Under the pieces are notes generated by a model, which was not told the DNA's origin, searched no databases, and saw nothing but the letters and a program-made list of their open reading frames with translations. A DNA stretch of 64,000 nt from an uncultured Burkholderiales bacterium (GTDB lineage: Bacteria; Pseudomonadota; Gammaproteobacteria; Burkholderiales; Burkholderiaceae_C), in assembly GCA_903844825.1 (NCBI GenBank), contig CAIMVC010000173.1:59-64058 (forward strand). The letters run 5' to 3'. A program made the position numbers and the translations under genes. Shown one piece after another: positions 39,351 to 49,488 of the stretch. The stretch's first letter is position 1. Each line of letters begins with the position of its first letter.

Positions 39351-40178
39351 TCAGCCTTTCACCGCGCCGGCGGTCAGGCCGCTGACCAGGTAGCGGCGCA
39401 CCATCAGCGAAAACAGCAGCACCGGCGCCATGACCAACGAGCCTCCGGCGGCTATCTTGCCCCACTCCCAGCCCTCATAGTTCATGAAGTTGACCACGGC
39501 CACTGGCGCAGTGCGGGCATCTGTGCGGGTCAGGATCAGAGCAAAAAAGAAGTCGTTCCAGGCGTAGAGAAAGCACAAGATGGCGGTTGCGGCAATGCCG
39601 GCGCTCGCCATGGGCATCACGATCTCGGCAAACACCGTCGGGAAACCTGCACCATCCATGAGGGCGGCTTCTTCCAGCGAGGTGGGGACGGCGTCAAAAA
39701 AGGGCTGCATCATCCAGATGACCAGCGGTAAGTTGAAGGTCATGTAAATCAGGATCAGGCCGGTGCGCGTGTCCAGCAGACCCAGGTAGCGGTAGGCCAG
39801 AAAGAAGGGGATGGTGAAGGCAATGGGTGGTGCCATGCGGGTGAGCAAGATGGACAGGCCCAGGCCGAAGCGGCCTCGGCCGCTCCAGCGCGACAGCGCG
39901 TAGGCTGCGGGCACGCCAATGACCAGCGCCAGCAGGGTGGAGACGCCGCTGGTGATCAAGCTGTTGACGAAGGATTCGGGAAAGCCGCCCTGCCACAGGC
40001 CGACATAGTGTTCGAGCGTTGGCATGAACAGCAGCCGGGGTGGGAACTCCAGGATCATGGGTGTCGGCTTGAACGACATCTGCAGCAGCCACAAAAAAGG
40101 CAGCAGCATGACCCCTAGCAGTAAAGGCACCGCCCAGGCGGCAACGTGCCCAGGGCGTTTGTAGCGCTTGGTTTTCAT
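39351..40178 (-). CDS. Carbohydrate ABC permease (MalG-like)
   Basis: EEAALMDGA EAA loop, AWNDFFFAL. Confidence 0.93.
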   Translation of the reverse strand: MKTKRYKRPGHVAAWAVPLLLGVMLLPFLWLLQMSFKPTPMILEFPPRLLFMPTLEHYVGLWQGGFPESFVNSLITSGVSTLLALVIGVPAAYALSRWSGRGRFGLGLSILLTRMAPPIAFTIPFFLAYRYLGLLDTRTGLILIYMTFNLPLVIWMMQPFFDAVPTSLEEAALMDGAGFPTVFAEIVMPMASAGIAATAILCFLYAWNDFFFALILTRTDARTAPVAVVNFMNYEGWEWGKIAAGGSLVMAPVLLFSLMVRRYLVSGLTAGAVKG

Positions 40179-40201
40179 GGGTTTGGCAGGGTTCTGGACA
40201 C

Positions 40202-41107
40202 TCAGTCCTGTTGGGCAAGGTTGCGGTTCAGCCGCATGGCCAGCCAGCTGATGACCACTGTGATGCTCAGCAGCACCACCGTGACGGCGCTGGAGTAGCC
40301 CAACTCGCCGTAGTTGAAGGCCAGCAGGTAGGCATAGTAGTTGGTGACTTCTGTCACCGAACCAGGGCCGCCGCCTGTGAGCAGGAAAATCAGTGGAAAA
40401 GCCTTGATGCTGTCGATCAACCGGAACAAGGTGCAGACCATGAGCACTGGCGCAATGTAGGGCAACACGATGTGCTGAAAAATGCGTAAGGCGTTCGCCC
40501 CGTCCATGCGCGCTGCCTCAACATATTCGCCAGGCAGGTTCTGCAAGGCAGCCAACACCATCAGGTAGGTAAAAGGTGCCCATTCCCAGGTGTCAGCCAC
40601 CACGATGGCAGCCAGCGCGAAGTCGGCGTGCGAGGTGAACGCCGGCAGCATGAAGCCCAGCGCCTTGGCGGCGTGAAAGATGGGACTGATATCGGGCGTA
40701 TAGATCAGCTTCCAGATGACCGCCACCACGATGGGCGGCAACACCATCGGGATGACAAAGAGGTGCCGCAGGGACTGCCAGCGTTCTTGGCCTGAGTGAA
40801 CCAGCAGCGCCATCCCCGTGCCCAGCAGCACTTGCAGCACCACCGTGTACAGGGACAGTCGTGCCTGAACCCAGAGGGTTTCGTGGAATCGCTTGTCCGT
40901 CACCAGGTTCTGGTAATTGACCAGCGGCTCACGAAAGTCCGTGAGCGAGCCGGGGTTGACGAGGGTGCCGGGGGTCAGGCTGGTGATCAGCAGGAATGCC
41001 GTTGGCAAGCCGGCCACCAGCAGCAGAAACACCAGACTCGGCGCAATCGCCAGCCGCGTGAAGCGGCGGCGCTGGCCCTCATAAGACAAGGCGGGGGTGG
41101 CAGGCAC
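40202..41107 (-). CDS. Carbohydrate ABC permease (MalF-like)
   Basis: DTWEWAPF..LAALQ..P..YVEAARMDGA, LTGGGPG. Confidence 0.93.
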   Translation of the reverse strand: MPATPALSYEGQRRRFTRLAIAPSLVFLLLVAGLPTAFLLITSLTPGTLVNPGSLTDFREPLVNYQNLVTDKRFHETLWVQARLSLYTVVLQVLLGTGMALLVHSGQERWQSLRHLFVIPMVLPPIVVAVIWKLIYTPDISPIFHAAKALGFMLPAFTSHADFALAAIVVADTWEWAPFTYLMVLAALQNLPGEYVEAARMDGANALRIFQHIVLPYIAPVLMVCTLFRLIDSIKAFPLIFLLTGGGPGSVTEVTNYYAYLLAFNYGELGYSSAVTVVLLSITVVISWLAMRLNRNLAQQD

Positions 41108-41134
41108 GCGACAGGTTCCTTTGGCTGGTCGTGC

Positions 41135-42490
41135 TCAGACCTTGGCGCCCGTGCGGCGCAGCGCATCGACGGCGGCGCCCTGCGCCATCTTCATGGACTC
41201 GGCGGCTTTCATCTGGCCGGAAACCACGCGCTCAACGGCCTTGTTCAGCACGTCAGAGACGACGGGAAACTCTTTGACCGTGCGATAGGACATGTAGTTG
41301 CGGGTCTTGCCTGGCTGCTCCAGCACTTCGAGGTACAGCTTGCTCAGGTCCTGGCCGTTGATGGTGTTGACGCGGCTGTGATCAACACCGGTAATGACCG
41401 AGCGGCGGCAGATGGACGAATGACCGGTGTCCTTGACGATGCGCGTCGTGATCTCGGGGCTGAGGGCCCATTTGATGAATTCCCAGGCCGCTTCCTTGTT
41501 TTTGGCGTTCTTGGGAATGCCCAGGCCCTGGCTGTTGGAGGCCGGGAAGTCACCCTTGGGTCCGGCTGGCATGCGCATCACCAGGGCCGTATCCTTGACC
41601 TTGCTCTCAGGCGCCGTAAGCATGGATGTGACCCATGAGCTGGAATGAATGTTGATGTTGGCGCGGCCACCGATCAGTGCGGCGCGGGCCTGGTCTTCGG
41701 TGTAACTCAGTACGCCTTGCGGGCTGTACTTGGCGAGCAGGCGGGTGTAGAAATCCACCGCCTCGATAGCCGCTGGCGTGGCCAGCGTCGGTGTGATGTC
41801 GCCGGGCGGATTGGCGAAAACGTCGCCGCCAAAGCCTTGCAGGTAGGGCGGCAGGTACCAGTGGTGCAGGTTGGAGCTGACGAACCCGGCGACGTCATCC
41901 TTGCCGTGCATCGCCTCGGCCACCTTGCCGAGTTCGTCGAATGTGGTGGGCGGCTTGAGCCCGTGCTTCTTCATCAGGTCCATGCGGCTGATGCCCATGA
42001 GCATGGCGCCGCCTTCCCAGGCGTAGCCGTAGGTCTTGCCGGCTTTGTCCATGTAGGGGAGTTGGGCGCCCTTGACGAAGTCGTCCGGGTTCCAACTGGC
42101 CGGGGTGTACTTGGTGTCGCGCGAAAAAGTGTCGAGGTCCTGGAGCAGGCCGGCGGCCACCCAGCGAGCGGCAAAAATGAAGGTGACATTGCAAAAGTCC
42201 CAGGCGCTGCCGCCACTGGAGAGTTCCAGGTCGGCCTGCTGGTTGTAGACCGGGAAGGCCGACAGTTGCAGGTCCACGGTCATGCCGGTGGCCGCTTCGA
42301 ACTCTGGGATGTACTTCTTGAGGTGATTAAAAAAGCCGTGCTGGTAGGCGGCTCCGCGCAGCTTGACTCCCGCGAATTTCTTGCTCTGGGCGATGGCTGG
42401 AAATGCCATGACCGCGCCTGCAGCAGCGGTAGCCCCGGCTGCGCGCAGCAACTGGCGACGTGACAGATCATTGGATTCGGGAAGGCTCAT
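41135..42490 (-). CDS. Carbohydrate ABC substrate-binding protein, Tat-type signal
   Basis: SRRQLL twin-arginine motif, PPTTFDEL, KNKEAAWEFIKW; SD AGGAG. Confidence 0.92.
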   Translation of the reverse strand: MSLPESNDLSRRQLLRAAGATAAAGAVMAFPAIAQSKKFAGVKLRGAAYQHGFFNHLKKYIPEFEAATGMTVDLQLSAFPVYNQQADLELSSGGSAWDFCNVTFIFAARWVAAGLLQDLDTFSRDTKYTPASWNPDDFVKGAQLPYMDKAGKTYGYAWEGGAMLMGISRMDLMKKHGLKPPTTFDELGKVAEAMHGKDDVAGFVSSNLHHWYLPPYLQGFGGDVFANPPGDITPTLATPAAIEAVDFYTRLLAKYSPQGVLSYTEDQARAALIGGRANINIHSSSWVTSMLTAPESKVKDTALVMRMPAGPKGDFPASNSQGLGIPKNAKNKEAAWEFIKWALSPEITTRIVKDTGHSSICRRSVITGVDHSRVNTINGQDLSKLYLEVLEQPGKTRNYMSYRTVKEFPVVSDVLNKAVERVVSGQMKAAESMKMAQGAAVDALRRTGAKV

Positions 42491-42539
42491 GCGGGTCTCC
42501 TGGTTTTAAGGGGGCTGGATCGAAATGGCTGACGGAGTT

Positions 42540-42641
42540 TATGTCAGACAAATAAATAGAGGAATACGGTGCTTACCCTAGTGCTGATTCGAGTGTCCGC
42601 CAATAGACTATGGCTCTATCTGATTTATATGTCTGACTAAT
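42540..42641. promoter_or_regulatory. Two putative FadR/GntR operator sites in the divergent promoter
   Basis: TGTCAGACA (42542-42550, perfect 4-1-4 dyad) and TGTCTGACT (42630-42638), fitting the GT-N3-AC FadR-subfamily pattern. Confidence 0.7.
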
Positions 42642-42643
42642 AC

Positions 42644-43381
42644 GTGTCAAAAACTTCAACTTCGCCTGCTGGCTCTCGCCGGGGCGGGCCCTCGGTGGCA
42701 GAGGAAATCGCACGACGTGTGGTGGGTGGCGAATGGCCCGAGGGTGCTTTGATTCCGACCGAAATGGAGCTCGCCGAGTCGCTGGGTGTGGCCAGGACAT
42801 CGGTGCGCGAGGCGCTTGGCAAGCTCAAGGCAAAGGGCATGTTGGCCTCGCGCCAGAAGACCGGCACCCGCGTGTTGCCCCGCATGCAATGGAACATGCT
42901 CGACGAAGAGGTGTTGCGCTGGTGCTGGTCTGACCACGGACGAGAGCGCACGGCGCTGCACCTGACGCAGTTGCGGCGTATCGTCGAGCCGGCGGCCTGC
43001 GAGATCGCGGCAGCCCTGGCCAGCGACACCGACATCGCGGCCATTGAGCGTGCCTACCGCGCGATGGATGCCGCCGGCACTGACCCGGTCGCCTTTGCGG
43101 GACCGGACCTTGAGTTTCACCGCGGCATTTTGCGCGCCACCGGCAATCCTTTTTTGATCTCTTTGGGCGCCACCATTGAAACTGCACTGCGCCTGTCGTT
43201 CGAGCTGTCTACGCGCCAGCCGGGCGCACCCCGCAGGGGTCTGCCCATGCACCGGGACGTGCTGGACGCCATCTGGGCCCGCAAACCCGCTGAGGCCCGC
43301 CTGGCCATGGAAGCCTTGTTGGGCTTGACCGAATCCAACATCCAGCGGGGGCTCTCCCAGGCCGCCGCATCCACATCCTGA
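42644..43381 (+). CDS. GntR/FadR-family regulator (DgoR-like)
   Basis: IPTEMELAESLGVARTSVREA..L.AKG..RQKTGTRV..WNMLD..VL.W; FCD domain R..VEP, D..FH, TGN. Confidence 0.93.
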   Translation: MSKTSTSPAGSRRGGPSVAEEIARRVVGGEWPEGALIPTEMELAESLGVARTSVREALGKLKAKGMLASRQKTGTRVLPRMQWNMLDEEVLRWCWSDHGRERTALHLTQLRRIVEPAACEIAAALASDTDIAAIERAYRAMDAAGTDPVAFAGPDLEFHRGILRATGNPFLISLGATIETALRLSFELSTRQPGAPRRGLPMHRDVLDAIWARKPAEARLAMEALLGLTESNIQRGLSQAAASTS

Positions 43382-43391
43382 AAAGTACCCC

Positions 43392-44468
43392 ATGGCAGAC
43401 ATCCACCTGAACGCCATCTCCAAAAGATTTGGCGATGTAGAGGTCATTCCCAACCTGAGCTTGACCATGCCGGACGGCAAGTTCACCGTGCTACTCGGAC
43501 CCTCGGGCTGCGGCAAGTCCACGCTGCTGCGAATCATCGCAGGCCTGGAAACGCCCAGCAGTGGTGAAGTGCGGGTGGGCGATCGTCTGGTCAACGATGT
43601 GCCGCCTTCGGAGCGGGGCTGCGCCCTGGTGTTTCAGAACTACGCGCTGTATCCGCACAAGACCGTGCGGCAAAACTTGTCTTTTCCGCTGCGCATGGCC
43701 AAGGTTGCACCAGCCGAGCAGAGCGCCCGCGTCGATGAGATCGCTGCGGTGCTGGAACTCACCGCCTTGCTCGATCGCTTCCCCCGCCAGCTCTCGGGTG
43801 GTCAGCGCCAGCGTGTGGCCATGGGGCGCGCCATGATTCGCCGTCCCGAGGTATTTTTGTACGACGAGCCGCTGTCGAACCTGGACCTGGAGTTGCGCGT
43901 GCGGCTTCGGCTGGAGATCGCGCGCACCCAGCGCGCGCTCAAATCCACGGCGGTCTACGTCACCCATGATCAAACCGAGGCCATGACGCTGGCCGACCAG
44001 ATCGTGGTGCTGCGCAAGGGCCGCATCGAACAGGTCGGCGCGCCGCTCGAACTCTACCGCCGCCCGGCCAACCTGTTCGTCGCCGGCTTCATCGGCACGC
44101 CGCGCATCAATCTCTTTTCTGTTGACAGCAGTGAGCCTGTGGGCGAGGGTACGCGGCTGACCATCGGCAAACTGAGCTTGTGGGTGCCGCGGCATTTTCA
44201 AACCCCGGTGCAGACCGTCGGCTTTCGGCCCGAGCAGGTGCGCCAGGGGGTTGCCGGCCCTGGGCAAGTCGGCATTGAGCTTTACGACTGCGAAACTCAG
44301 GCGATGGAGCACCTGGGTGACCGCGCTTTTTGCTACTTACGTTCGTCGCTGGGAGATCTGGTCGTGCTGGCGCCGGACGCCGATAGCCACCTCTCGGGTC
44401 GGCTGTCCCTGGCCGTCAATGTTGACGCCCTGCATTTCTTTGATAGCCGCGAGATGGCGATTTACTGA
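43392..44468 (+). CDS. Carbohydrate ABC ATPase (MalK-like)
   Basis: GPSGCGKST, VFQNYALYPH, LSGGQRQR, DEPLSNLD, YVTHDQ. Confidence 0.95.
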   Translation: MADIHLNAISKRFGDVEVIPNLSLTMPDGKFTVLLGPSGCGKSTLLRIIAGLETPSSGEVRVGDRLVNDVPPSERGCALVFQNYALYPHKTVRQNLSFPLRMAKVAPAEQSARVDEIAAVLELTALLDRFPRQLSGGQRQRVAMGRAMIRRPEVFLYDEPLSNLDLELRVRLRLEIARTQRALKSTAVYVTHDQTEAMTLADQIVVLRKGRIEQVGAPLELYRRPANLFVAGFIGTPRINLFSVDSSEPVGEGTRLTIGKLSLWVPRHFQTPVQTVGFRPEQVRQGVAGPGQVGIELYDCETQAMEHLGDRAFCYLRSSLGDLVVLAPDADSHLSGRLSLAVNVDALHFFDSREMAIY

Positions 44469-44504
44469 GACCCGCCCCCTGACCCCGACCTCATTACCTG
44501 CACC

Positions 44505-45653
44505 ATGAAAATCACCCGCCTGACCACTTACCGCGTGCCGCCGCGCTGGATGTTCCTGAAGATCGAGACCGACGAGGGCATCGTCGGCTGGGGTGAGCCG
44601 GTGCTTGAAGGCCGCGCCCGCACCGTGGAGGCCGCGGTGCATGAACTCTCCGAGTACCTGGTCGGGCAGGATCCGCGCCGAATCAACGATCTGTGGCAAG
44701 TGATGTACCGCGGTGGCTTTTACCGGGGTGGGCCCGTGCTGATGAGCGCGATTGCGGGCATTGATCAGGCGCTGTGGGACATCCTGGGCAAGTCATTGGG
44801 GCAGCCGGTCTACAAGCTGTTGGGCGGGCGTCTGCGCGACCGCATGAAGACCTACTGCTGGGTCGGCGGTGACCGACCGGCTGAGGTGATTGAAGGCATC
44901 CATCGTGCTCGGGCGATGGGCTTTGACACCGTCAAGATGAATGGCACCGAGGAGTTTGCCGGTGTCGAGAGCCACGCAGCGGTCGATCGGGCCTTGGAAA
45001 AGTTTGCGCTGGTGCGCGCCGAATTTGGCAGCACCATCGACTTTGGCATCGACTTCCACGGCCGTGTGTCCATGCCCATGGCCAAGGTCTTGCTGCGCGA
45101 GCTCGAGCCGCTTCGCCCGCTGTTTGTCGAAGAGCCGGTGCTGGCCGAACAGTGCGAGTACTACCCGCGGCTGGCCGACAGCACGTCCATTCCTTTGGCG
45201 GCTGGCGAGCGAATGTTCACACGCTATGACTTCAAGCGCGTGCTCGAAGCCGGTGGTATTTCAATTTTGCAGCCGGACGTCTCGCACGCGGGCGGCATCA
45301 CCGAGTGCATCCGCATTGCAGCCATGGCCGAGGCCTACGACGTGGCCCTGGCGCCGCACTGCCCGCTGGGTCCGGTGGCGCTGGCCGCTTGCCTGCAGGT
45401 GGACCTGGTCTCGCACAACGCGGTGTTCCAGGAGCAAAGCATGGGCATTCATTACAACCAGGGTGCTGAACTGCTCGATTACGTGCTCAACCCGGAGGAC
45501 TTCCGTGTCGAGGACGGCTTTGTGGCAGCCAGCGAGCGCCCGGGTCTGGGCGTGGAGATGGATGAAGCACGGGTGATCGCGGCCAGTCTGAACGCGCCGG
45601 ACTGGCGCAACCCCGTGTGGCGCCACAAGGACGGCAGCGTCGCCGAGTGGTGA
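44505..45653 (+). CDS. dgoD: Galactonate dehydratase
   Basis: N-terminus [35 protein letters not shown] closely matches enterobacterial DgoD as I recall it; [33 protein letters not shown]. Confidence 0.93.
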   Translation: MKITRLTTYRVPPRWMFLKIETDEGIVGWGEPVLEGRARTVEAAVHELSEYLVGQDPRRINDLWQVMYRGGFYRGGPVLMSAIAGIDQALWDILGKSLGQPVYKLLGGRLRDRMKTYCWVGGDRPAEVIEGIHRARAMGFDTVKMNGTEEFAGVESHAAVDRALEKFALVRAEFGSTIDFGIDFHGRVSMPMAKVLLRELEPLRPLFVEEPVLAEQCEYYPRLADSTSIPLAAGERMFTRYDFKRVLEAGGISILQPDVSHAGGITECIRIAAMAEAYDVALAPHCPLGPVALAACLQVDLVSHNAVFQEQSMGIHYNQGAELLDYVLNPEDFRVEDGFVAASERPGLGVEMDEARVIAASLNAPDWRNPVWRHKDGSVAEW

Positions 45654-45666
45654 GCCGCCGGCGGGC

Positions 45667-47184
45667 TCAACGTGCGAGGTGCAGCATGTCGTCGCCGATC
45701 TCCAGCATCTTGGCTTCGAGCAAGGCGGTCATGCGCGCCACCTGCGGCTGGTAAGCCGGGTCCTGGTAGCAGTTGAACAACTCCAGCGGGTCTTTCTCGC
45801 AGTCGAACAACTCCCATTCAGGCGCCTGGCCGCCGGTCTGGGTGCCGGGCAAACCCAGGCCCTGGTTGTACCAGTAGATCAGTTTGTAGCGTTGGTCACG
45901 AATGCCGTAGTGCGCGTAGGCGTTGTGAAACTCGTCCTGGTGCATCCAGTAACGGTGGTAGGCCACGCCCGGCCAGTCAGCGGGCGTCTGCCCTTGCAGC
46001 AAGGGCAGGACGCTGCGGCCCTGCATGTAGCTCGGCACGGGCACGCCGGCCAGGTCGAGAAAGGTGGGCGCGAAGTCGACGTTGGAGATCAGATCGTTGC
46101 ATACCGAGCCGGGCTGGACCTGGCTCGGCAGGCGCACCACAAACGGCATCTGGAAGGACTCTTCGTACATGAAGCGCTTGTCAAACCAGCCGTGCTCACC
46201 TAGAAAAAATCCCTGGTCCGAGGTGTAGATCACCAGCGTGTTGTCAGCCAGCCCCTCGCCGTCAAGGTATTCCAGCAGGCGCCCCACGCTTTCATCGATC
46301 GAGGCGATGGTGCGCAGATAGCGCTTCATGTAGCGCTGAAACTTGAAGTGGTCGTACTCGGCCTGGGACTCGAACGTAAAGACCTCGGCCGTGTCCTTGT
46401 CGATCAGCCGAACGCTGCGAACGTCGGCGGGGTTGGGCAGCTTGCGGATTGGCTGGCCGGGCAGCAGCGGCTCGCCAACTTCTTGCCCGCCGTCCGGTTG
46501 CACCAGTCCGAGGTCCAGGTAGGTCATGTCGTCGGCGATGCGCATCCGGGCCTGGCCAGCCGCCCGGGCCCGGTTCTTGTAGTCGTCGTCAAAGGTGTCG
46601 GGCAGCGCAATGTCGGCGCTGTAGTGGTCCTGGTACTTGGGGTGGTACTCCCACGAGCGGTGCGGCGCCTTGTGGTGGCACATCAGCATGAAGGGCCGAG
46701 TCTTGTCGCGGCCGTCCAGCCAGGCCAGCGACTTGTCGGTGATGATGTCGGTGACGTAGCCTGGGTAGCTGACGGCGCCTGCGGGCTCATGAAAGACCGG
46801 GTCGTGGTAGTCGCCCTGGCCGGGCACCACCGCCCAGTCGTCAAAGCCGGTCGGCTCGTGGGCCCGGCCTTCACCCAGATGCCACTTGCCAAAGATCGCC
46901 GTCTGGTAGCCACTGCTGCGCAGGTGCTTGGCGACATGGGGCAGGCGGTTGTTGATGGCGTCAGCCAGCGTCATGACGCCGTTCACATGGTTGTAGGTGC
47001 CGGTCAGAATGGCCGCCCGGCTGGGGGTGCAGATGGAGTTGCTGACGTAGCAGTGGTTCATCCGCATGCCTTCCTTGGCCAGGCGGTCAATGTGCGGCGT
47101 GTGGTTGATGCCGTGTCCGTAGCAGCTGATGGCTTTGGCGGCATGGTCGTCGGCCATGATGAAGAGAATGTTGGGTCGTGTCAT
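45667..47184 (-). CDS. Sulfatase (Cys-type, carbohydrate/GlcNAc-6-sulfatase-like), no signal peptide
   Basis: PNILFIMADDH, CTPSRAAILTG, GKWHL, HKAPH, SDQGFFLGEHGWFDKR; start moved to ATG 47184. Confidence 0.93.
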   Translation of the reverse strand: MTRPNILFIMADDHAAKAISCYGHGINHTPHIDRLAKEGMRMNHCYVSNSICTPSRAAILTGTYNHVNGVMTLADAINNRLPHVAKHLRSSGYQTAIFGKWHLGEGRAHEPTGFDDWAVVPGQGDYHDPVFHEPAGAVSYPGYVTDIITDKSLAWLDGRDKTRPFMLMCHHKAPHRSWEYHPKYQDHYSADIALPDTFDDDYKNRARAAGQARMRIADDMTYLDLGLVQPDGGQEVGEPLLPGQPIRKLPNPADVRSVRLIDKDTAEVFTFESQAEYDHFKFQRYMKRYLRTIASIDESVGRLLEYLDGEGLADNTLVIYTSDQGFFLGEHGWFDKRFMYEESFQMPFVVRLPSQVQPGSVCNDLISNVDFAPTFLDLAGVPVPSYMQGRSVLPLLQGQTPADWPGVAYHRYWMHQDEFHNAYAHYGIRDQRYKLIYWYNQGLGLPGTQTGGQAPEWELFDCEKDPLELFNCYQDPAYQPQVARMTALLEAKMLEIGDDMLHLAR

Positions 47185-47207
47185 GTTTTGCTTGTCTTGA
47201 TCGAAAT

Positions 47208-48410
47208 TCAGGCTGGCGTGTGGCAGTCCGTCCAGGCGCCGCCGGCGCGGCTCGAGGCCAGCACGGCTTCGACAAATTCCAGTCCCCACAGTCCGTCGCG
47301 CACCCCGGGCGATCCGCTGCTCAGGGGCTCGGCCGCTACCCCGGTGATGCGGGCTGCTATGGCTTCGGCAAAGTCGGCGTACAGGTTGGCAAAGGACTCC
47401 CGAAAACCCTCCGGGTGGCCGCGGGCGATCCGGCTGGCGCGCTGCGCTGCCGGGTGCAGCCTGGCGTCACCCCGGCCCAGGGTCTGCACCGACTCGCCGA
47501 GCGGGGCATAGTGCAGATAGTTGGGGTCCCTGTGTTGCCACTCGAGCATGCCTTTGGCGCCGTGAACGCGAACACGGATATTGTTTTCGGCACCTGCGGC
47601 TGCCTGCGTGACCACGCACGAGCCGCGAGCGCCGTTCTCAAACCGCCACAAGATGCCTGCATAGTCGTCAAAGATCCGTCCGGGCACCACTGCGCCCACA
47701 TCGGCCGAGACCCGGGCCACGCGGCTGCCGGTGACGTAGCTGGCCAGGTGGTGGGCGTGCGTGCCGATGTCTCCCATGACCAGCGAGGCCCCGCTGCGTT
47801 CGGGGTCGAGCTTCCAGCGCAGCTTGGCGGTGAGCTCACCGCTTTCAACCGGCAGCGCCATGCCACCTTGAAAGTACTCAGCCTGAACGATGCGGATGTC
47901 GCCCAGCAGGCCGGATTCGACCATGGCCCGCGCCTGCCGCACCATCGGGTAGCCGCTGTAGTTGTGGGTCAGGCAAAAAGCCAGTTGGGTGCGCTCGACG
48001 ACCTCGACCAGGTGCCGGGCCTGGCTGACCGAGTTGACCATGGGCTTGTCGCAGATCACATGCAGGCCGGCCTGCAGGGCCGACAGGCAGTCCTGGTAGT
48101 GGCGGTCATTTGGCGTCATCACGGCGACGGCCTCGATGCGGTCTTCAAGGGGTCGGGCGGCCTCACCGGCCAGCATCAGATCGACCGATGCGTAGGCGCG
48201 AGACGCCGGCAGGCCCACGGTGGCGCCGTAGGTCAGGGCGCGGCCGGCATCGGACGACAGCACGCCGGCAACGATCACAAAGCGCCGATCGAGCACCGCC
48301 GCACTCATGTGGATGGGGCCGATGAAGGAGCCCGGTCCGCCGCCGATCACGCCCAGGCGCAAGGGCCTGCTCAGGGCGTTCCAGGCTGATGGGGGCGTTG
48401 AAGTGCTCAT
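47208..48410 (-). CDS. Gfo/Idh/MocA family oxidoreductase
   Basis: GGG..SFIG..H, TPN..H, CDKP, DIGTH. Confidence 0.92.
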   Translation of the reverse strand: MSTSTPPSAWNALSRPLRLGVIGGGPGSFIGPIHMSAAVLDRRFVIVAGVLSSDAGRALTYGATVGLPASRAYASVDLMLAGEAARPLEDRIEAVAVMTPNDRHYQDCLSALQAGLHVICDKPMVNSVSQARHLVEVVERTQLAFCLTHNYSGYPMVRQARAMVESGLLGDIRIVQAEYFQGGMALPVESGELTAKLRWKLDPERSGASLVMGDIGTHAHHLASYVTGSRVARVSADVGAVVPGRIFDDYAGILWRFENGARGSCVVTQAAAGAENNIRVRVHGAKGMLEWQHRDPNYLHYAPLGESVQTLGRGDARLHPAAQRASRIARGHPEGFRESFANLYADFAEAIAARITGVAAEPLSSGSPGVRDGLWGLEFVEAVLASSRAGGAWTDCHTPA

Positions 48411-49450
48411 CAGATTTTTCCAGCCAGGCCGGGCTTGCTTTTTTGCAGCAAGATGGTTTCAGGGTGGGCCAGTTGCATGCGCACGGGCGGCAAGCCGCGC
48501 AGCACCAGTTCGAGGTCGTCTACCGCCATCTCGCCGATGGTCTTGAGTGCCGAGTCAATGCCGCCGGCCCGATGGGCTGACAGCACGGCAGCTTCTTCGC
48601 ATCTGAGTTCTTCGTTGGCGGCTGCGGGCTCGTCTGGAAAGACATCGATCGCCGCCTGGATCCGGCCGCTGCGCAGCTCGGCTCGCAGCGCGGCAAAGTC
48701 CATCACTTCGGCGCGGCTGAGCAGGATCAGCTGGCTGCCGTCGCGCAGGCGAGCGAGTTCGGGCGCGCCGATGAAGCCGCCATTCCTGACGGTGGGCGCA
48801 GCCAGCACGAAGACGATGCGCGAACTCTCCAGAAGGGTGTTGAGGTCGCAGGGCGTGGTTCCACATTCCCTCAGGACCGTGTCCGGCAGCCAGGGATCGA
48901 AGACCTGGATCGTGCAGCCAAACGGGGCCAGCAGCGCGGTGAGTTTGCGGGCGATGTTGCCAAAGCCAATCATGCCCACCGGTGCGCCAAACAGGGTCTG
49001 CACGCCTGCGTTGCCCTTGAAGCCATAGCGCTCGGTACCGGCGCGAAAGTGGCGGTCTGCAGCGGTGATGCCGCGGGCCAGGTCCAGAGCCAGAGCGAGC
49101 CCGTATTCGGCCACCGGTTGCGCAAACGCTGGCGCCGCGCAGGCGATGCGGATGCCTCGCGCAAAGCAGGCGGCGTAGTCGATGTTGGTGAAAAAATTGC
49201 CTTCCACATTCAGCACGGCTTTGAGCCCGGGGGCCCGTTCCAGGCGTGCCTGAGGCAGCGCCGTCTGCCCCAAAATGGCACTGACTCGCGGCAGGCAGGC
49301 ATCGACCACCGCGTCGGGCACCGCGCCCTCTTCAACGGTGATGATGTCCGCCAGCGCGTGCAGCCGCTGCCGGTCCGCCTCGCGAAAGATCATGGCGTTG
49401 TTCCGGGGGTATGGGTCCAGCAGAACCACCGGCTTGGGGAGATGATCCAT
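48410..49450 (-). CDS. D-2-hydroxyacid dehydrogenase family
   Basis: VAEY, GMIGFGNIA, SR, DVFPDEP, SAHRAG. Confidence 0.9.
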   Translation of the reverse strand: MDHLPKPVVLLDPYPRNNAMIFREADRQRLHALADIITVEEGAVPDAVVDACLPRVSAILGQTALPQARLERAPGLKAVLNVEGNFFTNIDYAACFARGIRIACAAPAFAQPVAEYGLALALDLARGITAADRHFRAGTERYGFKGNAGVQTLFGAPVGMIGFGNIARKLTALLAPFGCTIQVFDPWLPDTVLRECGTTPCDLNTLLESSRIVFVLAAPTVRNGGFIGAPELARLRDGSQLILLSRAEVMDFAALRAELRSGRIQAAIDVFPDEPAAANEELRCEEAAVLSAHRAGGIDSALKTIGEMAVDDLELVLRGLPPVRMQLAHPETILLQKSKPGLAGKI

Positions 49451-49488
49451 GGCGCGAGGTGTTTCGGTTCAGGGTCTGGGACGCGGGC

